Shown piece after piece: positions 10,509 to 20,647 of a stretch of 64,000 nt of DNA. A program made the translations under genes and the position numbers. Source of the stretch: Candidatus Dadabacteria bacterium UBA1144 (GTDB taxonomy: Bacteria; Desulfobacterota_D; UBA1144); contig DCAB01000012.1 in NCBI GenBank assembly GCA_002311855.1, positions 462,063 through 526,062 on the forward strand, given 5' to 3'. The first letter of the stretch is position 1. Every line of letters starts with the position of its first letter. The notes beneath the pieces are model-generated. The model made no database searches and was not told the DNA's origin. It worked only from the letters and a program-made list of their open reading frames with translations.

Positions 10509-11652
10509 CGGTAATTAACTCTAAATAATCTTTTCTCATTCTTTGATAATTAAAATTTTCTTCTATAAAAATCTTAGCCGATTCTCCCATTTTATCTAAT
10601 TTATCTCTGTTTTGATGGGCCTCCATTATCTTCGTGCGTATGCTATTTGTATCGTATGGGTCAACAAGGAATCCATTAATTCCATCCAATATCAGCTCCT
10701 CAGTTCCACTATTTTTAGATCCAATAACAGGAATCGATCTTGCCATACTTTCAATCACGACATTCGGTAGGCCCTCAATTTTTGAATCCCATTTCCTGTT
10801 GCATAATATAAAAATATCAGCACAATCATAGTATTTATGAATTATGTCTCTATTGATTCCACCAATAAAAATCACTCTATCCTCGATTTTCAAAGAAGTA
10901 GCTAATTTTTTGTAATCATTTAGGAATCTTCCCTCTCCTACGCAGATATATTTGATATTCGTATTGCTAATTTTCGACAATGCTTTGATTACGTAATCCT
11001 GACCTTTTCTTGGTAAAAGTCTCGCTACTGTTAAAAGGACGAATTCATCTTTTTTTATGTTTAACGAGTTTCTTATTCCATAATCTTTATTCCTATTTAT
11101 GAATTCGTCATCTATTCCGTTATATATCAGCTTTATTTTCTCCTTACTAAAATAATCTGGATGTTTGTTCATCAATTTCTCAGTATTTTTACTGACTGCC
11201 ACGATAGATTTCGCATTCTTGTATAATTTTTTTAAAAAATGTTTGAAAATCATTTTGGAAAATTTCTTGCTGTTTAATATTGATTCGATTCCTGAACCGG
11301 CAATTCTAACTATTTGATCAATCTCTTTATTGTTTAGTAGCCCTCCCACAATTTCGGCTTCTTCTCCTAGGTAAACAATCTTGTGTGGTTCGAAATCGTT
11401 AATTGACTCCTTTAATTTCCGCAATCCTAAAAAATATTGAAGCAAGGGGATTTTTTTAAAATTTCTTCCCCCCAAAAAATCTATTCTCTTAATTGGGTAT
11501 TCTACTGTTTCATCACGATTTTCTATTGAATATGACGGACAACAAACCATTAATTCATATTCAGAACTTACAATATCAGCAATTCTCTTAGCCGATGTCG
11601 CTATACCACCTTGAAATGGAGGAAATTCGTGTGTGTAAAGAAGAACTTTCAC
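10501..11652 (-). CDS. Glycosyltransferase, GT4 / group 1 family
   Basis: 383 aa, N-terminal FPPFQGGIAT. The C-terminal GT-B motif EGLPNVVIESMA..PVIGS...G..ELI is the E-x7-E signature. Overlaps trpF by 8 nt. Confidence 0.8.
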   Translation of the reverse strand: MKVLLYTHEFPPFQGGIATSAKRIADIVSSEYELMVCCPSYSIENRDETVEYPIKRIDFLGGRNFKKIPLLQYFLGLRKLKESINDFEPHKIVYLGEEAEIVGGLLNNKEIDQIVRIAGSGIESILNSKKFSKMIFKHFLKKLYKNAKSIVAVSKNTEKLMNKHPDYFSKEKIKLIYNGIDDEFINRNKDYGIRNSLNIKKDEFVLLTVARLLPRKGQDYVIKALSKISNTNIKYICVGEGRFLNDYKKLATSLKIEDRVIFIGGINRDIIHKYYDCADIFILCNRKWDSKIEGLPNVVIESMARSIPVIGSKNSGTEELILDGINGFLVDPYDTNSIRTKIMEAHQNRDKLDKMGESAKIFIEENFNYQRMRKDYLELITDE

Positions 11653-11743
11653 ACACTAATTATATTGTATTATATGATATATCAAAGCTTATGATTGACA
11701 CTACAAGTTGGGTGAGTTAGCTTTTCCTACAGTGGAGGTATAA

Positions 11744-11938
11744 ATGATTGGTGGTTTAGGAATTTGGGAATTGGTTCTCATTTTGGTGATAGTTTTACTT
11801 ATATTCGGCCCTAGCAAATTAGGCGATATAGGATCCGCTTTGGGGAAAGGTGTCTCTGGCTTTAAAAAATCTATACAAGATAAAGATACAGAAGAAACAG
11901 AAGAAGCGGATAAAAACAATAGCTCAAAAAAAAGCTAA
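11744..11938 (+). CDS. tatA: Twin-arginine translocase subunit TatA/E
   Basis: 64 aa. MIGGLGIWELVLILVIVLLIFGPSKLGDIGSALGKGVSGFKKS is a single TM helix plus an amphipathic helix with the FGPxKL motif. GGAGG lies upstream. Confidence 0.85.
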   Translation: MIGGLGIWELVLILVIVLLIFGPSKLGDIGSALGKGVSGFKKSIQDKDTEETEEADKNNSSKKS

Positions 11939-11943
11939 GTATT

Positions 11944-12366
11944 TTAAATTTTTTGTGCTAATTCGATTAAAACGCTATTCATATCCTTTGGATGAGCAAA
12001 AGCTACGATGGTGTTATTTATCCCTTCTCTAGGTTCGTGATCTATCATTTCTATGCCCATACTTTCTAGACGTTTTATTCCTAACCGAATATCGTCTACA
12101 AGATAGCAAACATGATGTATTCCCTCCCCTTTTTTTTCCAAAAATTTAGAAATAGATGAATCTTGAACTATGGGTTCGAGGAGCTCTATGGCAGTTGATT
12201 TAATATCTTTGGGTAAAAGCATTATTGCTCTTATACCTTGATCCGAAGATGTTTCATCATGAGCAATCTCAAGACCTAAAGTCTTTTCATATAATTTTGC
12301 AGTTTTGGTGGCATTATAGACCGCGATACCCACGTGATACAAATTGCCAACTTCAAAGACGTCCAT
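11944..12366 (-). CDS. mce: Methylmalonyl-CoA epimerase (VOC/glyoxalase fold)
   Basis: 140 aa with HVGIAV near the N-terminus, IELLEP, GEGIHHVCYLVDDI and a C-terminal LIEL. Same operon as MeaB. Confidence 0.7.
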   Translation of the reverse strand: MDVFEVGNLYHVGIAVYNATKTAKLYEKTLGLEIAHDETSSDQGIRAIMLLPKDIKSTAIELLEPIVQDSSISKFLEKKGEGIHHVCYLVDDIRLGIKRLESMGIEMIDHEPREGINNTIVAFAHPKDMNSVLIELAQKI

Positions 12367-12399
12367 GGCTTATAAATCTAATACATAACCCCCAATTCA

Positions 12400-13812
12400 T
12401 CAACTTATTTCATATTGATTTATGGAGCTGTCTTCAAAAAGGTTGATATCTAACTTTTTAATATCTCGATGATTTTTATTATTTTCAATTATTTTGTCTA
12501 TAGTTTGAATTAAGTTGGGATTTATACTAATTTTAATCTTCTCTTTTTTGCTTGAATTAGTTTGTGCTATGATTTTTCTTAATAATTCATAGCATATAAT
12601 TTCTTTTTTTGTTACAAGACCCGAACCATAACAAAGGTGACAGTTTTCACTTACAAGTGTTGAAGTTCTAGTTCCTCTTTTCTGTCTTGTCATTTCGATG
12701 ATTCCGAATTTGGACATGGGGAGGATTGTATGTTTTGCCTTATCAATTTTCATCGAATTCTTAAAAATATCAAAAAGCTTCCTCATCTCAGCCTTTTTAT
12801 TCAAATCGATAAAATCTACTAGTATGATTCCACTTAAATTTCTTAATATTATTTGATGAGCTATTTCTTTCGCTGCATAGATGTTAACACTTAAGATGGA
12901 TTCTTTAGTGTTGTTGAGACTTCTGCCCGAATTAACGTCAACAACTGTTAATCCTTCTTTCTCTTCGATAATCAAGAAAGAACCATTTTTTAAATTTACT
13001 TTTTTATGGAATATTTTCTCTATATCTTTATCTATATTATTTCTCTTAAAAATATCTTCTTTCTTGCTTACAATCTTTAATTTTATATTGCTCTGGTTTT
13101 TCTTTAAATTTTTTTTAAAATAGTTGTAAGTTTTTCTCGAATTAAATTCAATTTCCTTTGTGGTATCAATTAAAAATTCTCTTAATATACTATCAATTAT
13201 ATTGTCTTCTTGATGCAAGATACCATGAGGACCATTTTCTTTAAATTGTTTTAAGATTTCTTTCCATTTTCTTTTTGTTTTTAAAATATCTTCGCTTATA
13301 TCTTTAATGGAATTGTTCTGAGATAGAGTTCTTAATATAATCCCAATATCTTTAGTGACCAATTTTTTTAACGATTTAAGCTTTGACCTTTTTTTCTCAC
13401 CATTGATTTTCTTTGAGATTCCGAAGAATCCAGGCTTGCTCAGAATAACACAAAATTTTGAAGGAAGAGCAATAAAATTGGATACTTTAGGAGCCTTTCT
13501 TGGATCATAATCACTTACTCCTTGAACCATGATAAAATTATCTTTTATTATTTCGCGTGCTTCTAAAGCCTCGTTCCCCATTTCCTCTTTTAAAGGATTG
13601 AAATTAGACAAAAAAGCAGATTTTCCAACACCTATATCTACAAAAGATGCTTCAATCCCACTAGCCGAACGATTTATTCTTGCTTTGTAAATATTGCCTC
13701 TTATAGATATTTGTTCGCTAATATTGTCAATAAAGAAGTTCCTTAGCCTAGAGTTATCTATAATAGCAACTCTTATTTCATCAAGTGTTTCACTAATTAG
13801 AATTTTTCTCAA
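12400..13812 (-). CDS. rng: Ribonuclease G/E family endoribonuclease
   Basis: 470 aa. S1-like N-terminus GNIYKARINRSASGIEASFVDIG, catalytic region VVDVNSGRS and ILVDFIDL, Zn-link-like CHLCYGSG. Confidence 0.8.
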   Translation of the reverse strand: MRKILISETLDEIRVAIIDNSRLRNFFIDNISEQISIRGNIYKARINRSASGIEASFVDIGVGKSAFLSNFNPLKEEMGNEALEAREIIKDNFIMVQGVSDYDPRKAPKVSNFIALPSKFCVILSKPGFFGISKKINGEKKRSKLKSLKKLVTKDIGIILRTLSQNNSIKDISEDILKTKRKWKEILKQFKENGPHGILHQEDNIIDSILREFLIDTTKEIEFNSRKTYNYFKKNLKKNQSNIKLKIVSKKEDIFKRNNIDKDIEKIFHKKVNLKNGSFLIIEEKEGLTVVDVNSGRSLNNTKESILSVNIYAAKEIAHQIILRNLSGIILVDFIDLNKKAEMRKLFDIFKNSMKIDKAKHTILPMSKFGIIEMTRQKRGTRTSTLVSENCHLCYGSGLVTKKEIICYELLRKIIAQTNSSKKEKIKISINPNLIQTIDKIIENNKNHRDIKKLDINLFEDSSINQYEIS

Positions 13813-14766
13813 TTATTCTCTTTTTAATAAATCAAATATTAATTCTGCTATATCTTCTGATTCCAATTTTCCATCTTTGAGTTTACTAATTGCTTTTTTA
13901 ACTTTATCCATATCTTTTATTCTTTCCAACTCTTGCTTGAGTTTTCGATTTAGTAGTTCATCTAATTCGGATATTTTCCTCGCACTTCTTTTTGCTAACA
14001 AGGAACCATTTAACTCCTCAAATTCTCTAAATGATTTTATTTCATCCATTATTTCATTGATTCCAATATCATTTTCTGCTTGGGCTGTTAAAACCTTGGT
14101 TCTCCATTTTGGAGTTGTTTGTTTTAGGGATATCATATAATCAATTTCTCTTGCTAGTTTCTCTGCTCCCCCACGATCTGATTTGTTTACTATAAAAATA
14201 TCTCCGATTTCCATTAATCCTGCTTTCATTGCTTGTATACTATCACCAGATTCTGGAACCAGGGTTACTATAACACAGTCAGAGATTTTAATGATGCCAA
14301 GTTCGGTCTGACCAACGCCCACGGTTTCAATTATTACGATATCCATTCCAAAGATATCAAAAAGCTTTATTATTGCACTTGTAGAATTTGATAATCCACC
14401 AAAATCTCCTCTGCTACCGATACTTCTGATAAAAACCCCATTATCTAGGGTATGCTCTTGCATTCTTATTCTATCTCCAAGCACAGCTCCACCAGTGAAC
14501 GGGCTACTTGGATCGACGGCAATTACTCCAATTTTTAATTTTTTTTCTCTAAACCTTGCTATAATTTTATTTGTCAAAGTACTTTTACCAGCACCTGGTG
14601 GGCCCGTCATTCCTATTCTGTACGCATGATTTGGAACTTCTTTTATAGACCGAGAAATCCTAGAAATTGCTGACGGGTCGCTTTCTACGATACTTATAAG
14701 TCTTGATAGACATACCCTGTCACCAGACAATAGACCGTTCATTAGATTTTTTTCATTTTTTTTCAT
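13813..14766 (-). CDS. meaB: Methylmalonyl-CoA mutase-associated G3E GTPase MeaB/ArgK
   Basis: 317 aa with P-loop GPPGAGKSTL, VDPSSPFTGGAVLGDR, ETVGVGQ and NKSD. Confidence 0.85.
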   Translation of the reverse strand: MKKNEKNLMNGLLSGDRVCLSRLISIVESDPSAISRISRSIKEVPNHAYRIGMTGPPGAGKSTLTNKIIARFREKKLKIGVIAVDPSSPFTGGAVLGDRIRMQEHTLDNGVFIRSIGSRGDFGGLSNSTSAIIKLFDIFGMDIVIIETVGVGQTELGIIKISDCVIVTLVPESGDSIQAMKAGLMEIGDIFIVNKSDRGGAEKLAREIDYMISLKQTTPKWRTKVLTAQAENDIGINEIMDEIKSFREFEELNGSLLAKRSARKISELDELLNRKLKQELERIKDMDKVKKAISKLKDGKLESEDIAELIFDLLKRE

Positions 14767-15166
14767 TAGATTTCCTAATTATTTTCTCAAAGTGTGTTTT
14801 CTTGATTTCCATGACTGATAATCTTGACTGTTTAATTAAGCCCATCTTTGATAATGTCGAATCTTCTTTTATCTCACTCAAGCTAATTTTTCTTTTCAAA
14901 CTTTTTTTTGCTTTTAAATCAACTACAACCCATTTTTTATCTTTTGTTGTTGGATCTTGATAGTATTCCTTTACAACTTCGGTGATACCTACTATTTCTT
15001 TGCCTTCATTGCTATGATAGAAAAGAACTTGATCCTTTTTTTCCATCATTTTTAGATAATTTCTTGCTTGAAAATTTCGAACCCCATCCCAATATGTTAC
15101 TTTATCTTTTAACATGTCATTCCATGAATATTTAAAGGGTTCTGACTTTACAAGCCAATACTTCAT
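14753..15166 (-). CDS. EVE (PUA-like) domain protein
   Basis: 137 aa. MKYWLVKSEPFKYSWNDM...WDGVRNFQARNYLKMM...LFYHS is typical of EVE domains. Overlaps meaB by 14 nt. Confidence 0.75.
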   Translation of the reverse strand: MKYWLVKSEPFKYSWNDMLKDKVTYWDGVRNFQARNYLKMMEKKDQVLFYHSNEGKEIVGITEVVKEYYQDPTTKDKKWVVVDLKAKKSLKRKISLSEIKEDSTLSKMGLIKQSRLSVMEIKKTHFEKIIRKSNEKK

Positions 15167-15212
15167 GAAATTAATTTAATTTATTAATTAATTTTTGTAA
15201 AATGTATTAGTG

Positions 15213-15944
15213 ATGTTTTTAATACCTGCTATAGACATAAAAGACCAAAAATGTGTGAGACTTTTTAAGGGAAACTTTGAGAAAGAAACGATTTATTCAA
15301 ATAGCCCCCTAGATGTTTCAAGCAAATGGCAATCAGATGGTGCTAAATTGATACACATTGTAGATTTAGATGGTGCTCTTGAGGGTGAAAGTAAGAATTT
15401 TCAACTTATACAGGCAATTCTCAAAAATAAAAAATGTGAATTCCAAATTGGTGGTGGAATTAGAGATTTGAAAACGATTGAGAGGTATATATCTATTGGG
15501 GCAAAAAGAGTAATATTAGGGACATCAGCATTCGTTGATGAAGATTTCTTTCAAACAGCCTGTGAAACTTATGGTGATAAGATTGCCGTTGGTTTAGATA
15601 TTAAAGATGATAAGATTGCAATTAAAGGTTGGAATACAAAAATTGACATGAAGATTAAAGATGCTATTTCAAGGTTTGAGAACTTGAAAGTCTCGCTAAT
15701 AGTTCTGACATCTGTTGATAGGGATGGGACACTTGAAGGTTTTAACAAGAATCTTACTGAGGATTATTTGAAATTATCTAATATACCAATAATAATATCA
15801 GGCGGAATTAAGGACTGTCGAGATTTAAAGCAAATAAAATCTATGAATGATAAAAGAATTTACGGAGTAATACTAGGTAAATCAATATATGAAAACAGAA
15901 TAAATTTCAAAGATTGTATTAAGGAATATGGCGATGTTAGCTAA
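15213..15944 (+). CDS. hisA: ProFAR isomerase HisA
   Basis: ORF 15210..15944 (GTG) trimmed to the ATG at 15213. Motifs: [27 protein letters not shown]. Confidence 0.9.
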   Translation: MFLIPAIDIKDQKCVRLFKGNFEKETIYSNSPLDVSSKWQSDGAKLIHIVDLDGALEGESKNFQLIQAILKNKKCEFQIGGGIRDLKTIERYISIGAKRVILGTSAFVDEDFFQTACETYGDKIAVGLDIKDDKIAIKGWNTKIDMKIKDAISRFENLKVSLIVLTSVDRDGTLEGFNKNLTEDYLKLSNIPIIISGGIKDCRDLKQIKSMNDKRIYGVILGKSIYENRINFKDCIKEYGDVS

Positions 15945-16692
15945 AAGGATCATACCTTGTTTGGATATCGACAAGGGAAGAGTTGTAAAAGGAATTAATT
16001 TTGTTAATTTGATTGACGCTGGAAATCCTGTGGAAATTGCTGAGAGGTATAGTACGGAAGGGGCTGACGAGATTACCTTCTTAGATATAACAGCATCGAA
16101 TGAAGAAAGAAATATCATGATTGATACCATTGAAAGAGCAGCGGATAAAGTGTTCGTTCCTTTAACTATTGGAGGGGGAATACGTAATACTGAAGATATA
16201 AGACTACTTTTATTGGCGGGAGCGGATAAGGTTTCGATTAATACTGCTGCAGTTAACGATCCAAATATTGTTACCGAATCTGCAAAAAAATTTGGTTCTC
16301 AGAGTATAGTTGTCGCAATTGATGTAAAAAAGAAAAGAAAGGGTTTGTGGGAAGTTTTTACCCATGGAGGTAGAAAACCGACGGGAATTAATGCCCTTGA
16401 CTGGATAAAAAAAATGGAACGATATGGAGCCGGAGAAATTCTTCTAACATCGATGGATAGAGATGGAACAAAAAAAGGATATGATTTAGAAATCCTATCT
16501 TTGATAAGTGAAACCATAACAATACCTGTTATAGCATCTGGTGGTGCAGGCAACTTGAAGCACATAGCAGACGCATTTGTTTTGGGTAAAGCTGATGCTG
16601 CTCTTTGTGCGTCCATATTCCATTTTGGAGAGTACACTATCAGTGAGGTTAAAAATTTCTTATCAAAGCATGATATATTAGTTAGAAAATAA
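15928..16692 (+). CDS. hisF: Imidazole glycerol phosphate synthase cyclase subunit HisF
   Basis: 254 aa with [44 protein letters not shown] and ASGGAG. Overlaps hisA by 17 nt. Confidence 0.95.
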   Translation: MAMLAKRIIPCLDIDKGRVVKGINFVNLIDAGNPVEIAERYSTEGADEITFLDITASNEERNIMIDTIERAADKVFVPLTIGGGIRNTEDIRLLLLAGADKVSINTAAVNDPNIVTESAKKFGSQSIVVAIDVKKKRKGLWEVFTHGGRKPTGINALDWIKKMERYGAGEILLTSMDRDGTKKGYDLEILSLISETITIPVIASGGAGNLKHIADAFVLGKADAALCASIFHFGEYTISEVKNFLSKHDILVRK

Positions 16693-16695
16693 AAT

Positions 16696-17736
16696 ATGAA
16701 TATCCGTAGACGATTGGAAATTAACGAATCAAAGATTTTGTCCCCTTTTGCTTCTCTTAGTAGTGATACCAAAGGTAGATTACGAAAAGAAAAAAAATGT
16801 AATTTAAGAACAGAATATCAAAGAGATAGAGACAGAATAATTCATTCAAAATCTTTTAGAAGGCTAAAAGATAAAACTCAAGTTTTTCTTGCTCCATACG
16901 GGGATCACTTCAGAACTAGATTGACCCATGTTCTTGAGGTCGCACAGATTGCTCGAACGATATCTAGGTCTTTGGCCTTGAATGAAGATTTAACCGAAGC
17001 CATATCTCTTGGACATGATTTAGGCCATACACCTTTTGGACATGCTGGCGAACAGGCCCTTGACACAGTCCATCCAGGTGGATTTAGACATTATATTCAC
17101 AGTCTTAGGATTGTTGAATTACTCGAAAAGGAAGGAAAGGGTTTGAACTTAACACTTGAGGTTAAAGATGGAATATCAAAGCACTCAAAAGGTAAGGGAC
17201 CTATGGTGAATAAAAAAATTCCAATTATGACTCTAGAAGGACAAGTTGTTAGGTTCTCAGATATCTTTGCTTATTTTACACATGATTTAGATGATGCTAT
17301 AAGGTCATCTTTAATCAGAAAAAAAGATATACCTACTAGGCTACTTAAGTTTTTTGGGAATACGCATTCTCAAAGAATTTCTAAAGTTGTATCGGATATC
17401 ATCAATGAAACGAAAAAAAATTCTTTTAAATCAGCAACTATATCTAAGGAGCTTGAACGAAATCTTGTTTACATGAGAGATTTTTTATTTGAAAAAGTTT
17501 ATTATCAGAAAAAAATTAAAGATAATTTTGAAAAAGCTAAACAAATCTTAATTGATCTATATAATTTTTTCCTATTGAATGATAAGAAACTTAAAGAGTT
17601 ATATAAATTTAAAAGTGAAACTCATCAAAATGATTGTCGTGACTTCATCGCCGGAATGAGTGACGATTTTGCCCTTGAAATTCATAAGTCCATCTTTACA
17701 CCCAAAAAATGGTCTTTCGTAGACTTTAAAGCATAA
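16696..17736 (+). CDS. dGTPase-like HD-domain triphosphohydrolase (Dgt family)
   Basis: 346 aa with EYQRDRDRIIHSKSFRRLKDKTQVF, RTRLTHVLEVAQIAR and GHDLGHTPFGHAGE. Confidence 0.8.
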   Translation: MNIRRRLEINESKILSPFASLSSDTKGRLRKEKKCNLRTEYQRDRDRIIHSKSFRRLKDKTQVFLAPYGDHFRTRLTHVLEVAQIARTISRSLALNEDLTEAISLGHDLGHTPFGHAGEQALDTVHPGGFRHYIHSLRIVELLEKEGKGLNLTLEVKDGISKHSKGKGPMVNKKIPIMTLEGQVVRFSDIFAYFTHDLDDAIRSSLIRKKDIPTRLLKFFGNTHSQRISKVVSDIINETKKNSFKSATISKELERNLVYMRDFLFEKVYYQKKIKDNFEKAKQILIDLYNFFLLNDKKLKELYKFKSETHQNDCRDFIAGMSDDFALEIHKSIFTPKKWSFVDFKA

Positions 17737-17751
17737 GTTGTATATAGAAAT

Positions 17752-18552
17752 ATGATAAAATACCTTGGGTCAGTTCCTTTCTTAAATTCTAAACCCCTTA
17801 CATATTTATTTGATAATAATTTTATTAGAAATTACAAAACCTATGAATATTACCCCTCGTCATTATTGGATCCTTTAATATCAGGAAAAGTTTTTTTATC
17901 ATTACTTTCCATTGCTGATCATTTATCTAATAAGGATGTTCTTTCTCTGACAGATTATTGTATAAGTTCTTATGGAAAAGTCGGTAGTGTAATTTTGGTA
18001 TCTAAATCAAAATTAAAAGATATAAAAAACGTAGTTCTAGATAGTAGATCTAAAAGCTCAAACATGCTTTTCAAGGTAATTCAATCCTCTTTTCTTAATA
18101 TCGATGTTGATTATGAAATTAGAGAGCCAAAATTAAATATGAGAATGGAGCCTGGTGTCGGATATGTCATTATAGGTGATCTTAGTTTAGAGATTATTTC
18201 GTTAGACCCAATAGGGATTAACACATATGACTTGGGAGAAATTTGGTTTAAGGAGACCGGATTCCCCTTTACATTTGGGACATACAATTATTTAAATCCT
18301 TCTCCTAAAAAAGAAGAACTAGATTTTCTCGATAACTCTTATATGGAGGGTTCTAAAAATATTAATTCGATAATTGATGATTTCTTGATTGCTAATCAAC
18401 ATAAAATAGAAAAAAAAATTGCCGAAGAATATCTAAATGAAAGAATCTTTTATAAAATTACAGATGATCATATCAAGGGCATCAATCTTTTTTTGAAACT
18501 CTCTTCGAAATTTGCAAATTGGAAAAAAAATAGTTTTAATAACAAAATCTAA
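17752..18552 (+). CDS. mqnA: Chorismate dehydratase MqnA-like (futalosine pathway)
   Basis: 266 aa. The N-terminus LGSVPFLNSKPL is typical of MqnA. Adjacent to an MqnD-family gene. Confidence 0.6.
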   Translation: MIKYLGSVPFLNSKPLTYLFDNNFIRNYKTYEYYPSSLLDPLISGKVFLSLLSIADHLSNKDVLSLTDYCISSYGKVGSVILVSKSKLKDIKNVVLDSRSKSSNMLFKVIQSSFLNIDVDYEIREPKLNMRMEPGVGYVIIGDLSLEIISLDPIGINTYDLGEIWFKETGFPFTFGTYNYLNPSPKKEELDFLDNSYMEGSKNINSIIDDFLIANQHKIEKKIAEEYLNERIFYKITDDHIKGINLFLKLSSKFANWKKNSFNNKI

Positions 18553-18555
18553 ATT

Positions 18556-19389
18556 ATGTCAAAAAAAATTATCACTCTTGGACATAGTCCTGATGCAGAT
18601 GATGCTTTTATGTTCTACGCAATTTCAAAAGGTATTGTTAAATCAGACAAGTTTGAATTTAGACATTTTATAAAAGATATACAAACTCTTAATAAAATGG
18701 CAATAGGCAAAGAATTGGATACAACAGCTGTGTCTGCGTATGCCTACGTTCAATTATATGATAGCTATCGAATCATGGATTGCGGTGCAAGTATGGGAAA
18801 TAGATATGGTCCAATAGTAGTTGCGAAACCCGGAACGAAGATGACAAAGGGGATTAGGATTGCAATTCCGGGAAAATCAACTTCAGCTTTCTTGCTTCTA
18901 AGGCTTTATTGTGATGATGCCAAGTTCGTGGAATACAATTTTGATGAAATTATGCCAGCGATAATTAACTCCGAAGTTGATGCTGGACTTATTATACATG
19001 AAGGTCAAATTACTTTCGGAGCTTTTGGTCTAAATTTATTATTAGATATACCTAAACTATGGCACAATGAATGCAAATATCCGATACCTCTTGGCTTAAA
19101 TGTTGTGAGCAGATCCTTAGACTTGGGGATTCAAATAGAAATCTCTAAAATGATTAAGCAAAGTATTTCATATGCTCTATCAAATACCGAGGAGGCTCTT
19201 GACTATGCAATGGAATTTGGTAGAGGCATATCAAGAGATATAGCAAAAAAATTTATTTTTATGTATGTAAACGAAGATACCTTAGATTTGAATTATAGAG
19301 GTATCAACGGACTCAAATTCATGTACACCTCAGCCTTTACAAAAGGTTTAATTGAAAAGAATATAGAGCTTGATATTATTTTAACTTAA
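18556..19389 (+). CDS. mqnD: MqnA/MqnD-family protein, probable 1,4-dihydroxy-6-naphthoate synthase
   Basis: 277 aa. The N-terminus ITLGHSPDADDAFMFYA resembles the G-SP-x-ND-F-F signature of MqnD-family proteins. Only 3 nt downstream of the mqnA-like gene. Confidence 0.55.
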   Translation: MSKKIITLGHSPDADDAFMFYAISKGIVKSDKFEFRHFIKDIQTLNKMAIGKELDTTAVSAYAYVQLYDSYRIMDCGASMGNRYGPIVVAKPGTKMTKGIRIAIPGKSTSAFLLLRLYCDDAKFVEYNFDEIMPAIINSEVDAGLIIHEGQITFGAFGLNLLLDIPKLWHNECKYPIPLGLNVVSRSLDLGIQIEISKMIKQSISYALSNTEEALDYAMEFGRGISRDIAKKFIFMYVNEDTLDLNYRGINGLKFMYTSAFTKGLIEKNIELDIILT

Positions 19390-20614
19390 TCGTCTCCCCA
19401 TTAATCATTGATAGTTTTAAATCATTATTGTTTGAGTCAATTACGGACATAAAGGGGTTGTCATTTTTTATTCTAAAAGCTATTAAGTCGGCCTTTTTGT
19501 TTTTTTTTATTGTCCCTACCATATTCTCGATGCCGAGGGCTCTTGCTCCTCCTATCGTAGCTTTCTCCAGAACGATTTTCTCACAATTTTTCTTAGCAAA
19601 TTTCTTTGAGTGGAGATACAAAGACTTAATTTCATCTAAAAAATTTATTGAAAAATTGCTAGATAATCCATCCGTGCCTAATCCAATATTCTTGTATTTA
19701 AGGAAAAATTTTAAATTAGGTAACCTTTGATTTAAAAATAAATTACTTCGCGGGCATAGAACAACGCCATATTGCTCTCTCTCTAGTATTTTTAAGTCTG
19801 CTTTTATTAAATTATTCATATGCACTAGAAGTATTCTTTGTTTATTTTTATTAAGATTATTCAAGTAGGAAAGGGGAGAGTCACTTTTAATTTTTATTTT
19901 TGGTCTTTTTGGTAACATTGGAAAAATTATATCTTCCAGGCCACTCTTCTTTTTTTGAATTAATCTAATCTCATCTCTACTTTCAGAGAGGTGAATGCCG
20001 AGATTTATTTTTCTATTTTGAGCAATTTTGAATAGATTTTGCAATTTCTCAGTATCAAGTGTATAGATTGAGTGGGGGAACAGTCTTAAATTAAACATGC
20101 CGTTTTTATCTTTTCTGTCTAAATTAATCAATTTCCTAAAAAAACTTTTGTCGATATTCGGCATAGTTGAATTTACTACTTCAAAAAAATATACTGTCCT
20201 TATTTTACTTCTGATTATTTCTTGAAAATCTAGTCCATTATACGAACTTATCTGTCCAATGGTTGTAACGCCTGAATCAATTGATTCTTTTAGTGATTTC
20301 CTAACAGAATTAATTATCATTTCTTTCTTAGAAGTTTGTTTTTTTAAATCTATAATTTGAGCTAGCCAGGAAGAAAACGAATTAAAAGGAATTAATTTTC
20401 TTCTAATCCAATTTAATTCGAGATGGATATGAGCGTTAATAAACCCTGGCATTAATATGCAATCTTCCAAATTGATTATTTTATATTTATTTTTATTGAC
20501 TTCTGAATTGGGAAGAATATCTTCAATTTTGTCGTTATTGACTATGACCGAATACCCATACAAGGGTTGGCTGCCACAAAAAAGAATATATCTGGCCCTT
20601 AAAGCTTTTTGCAT
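19376..20614 (-). CDS. Amidohydrolase-superfamily deaminase; candidate aminodeoxyfutalosine deaminase
   Basis: 412 aa with the metal-binding HxH (GFINAHIHLE) and later HLSE and GTDG motifs of amidohydrolase deaminases. The specific function is inferred only from adjacency to the mqn genes. Confidence 0.6.
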   Translation of the reverse strand: MQKALRARYILFCGSQPLYGYSVIVNNDKIEDILPNSEVNKNKYKIINLEDCILMPGFINAHIHLELNWIRRKLIPFNSFSSWLAQIIDLKKQTSKKEMIINSVRKSLKESIDSGVTTIGQISSYNGLDFQEIIRSKIRTVYFFEVVNSTMPNIDKSFFRKLINLDRKDKNGMFNLRLFPHSIYTLDTEKLQNLFKIAQNRKINLGIHLSESRDEIRLIQKKKSGLEDIIFPMLPKRPKIKIKSDSPLSYLNNLNKNKQRILLVHMNNLIKADLKILEREQYGVVLCPRSNLFLNQRLPNLKFFLKYKNIGLGTDGLSSNFSINFLDEIKSLYLHSKKFAKKNCEKIVLEKATIGGARALGIENMVGTIKKNKKADLIAFRIKNDNPFMSVIDSNNNDLKLSMINGETIKLK

Positions 20615-20647
20615 ATCTCCTACGGCTCCAAATACTGTACTTGACCT

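Noticed and set aside
13694-14140. 148-aa + strand ORF (and similar ones at 8588-8959, 16299-16772, 47944-48348, 53607-53945, 9967-10269, 21129-21443)
   Set aside because: These are antisense shadow ORFs lying entirely inside well-supported genes (meaB, trpA/trpB, hisF, ntrC, rsmD, trpF, dapF). Their translations are low-complexity, Ser/Leu/Phe/Ile-rich, as expected from the antisense of AT-rich coding DNA, and they carry no recognisable motifs.
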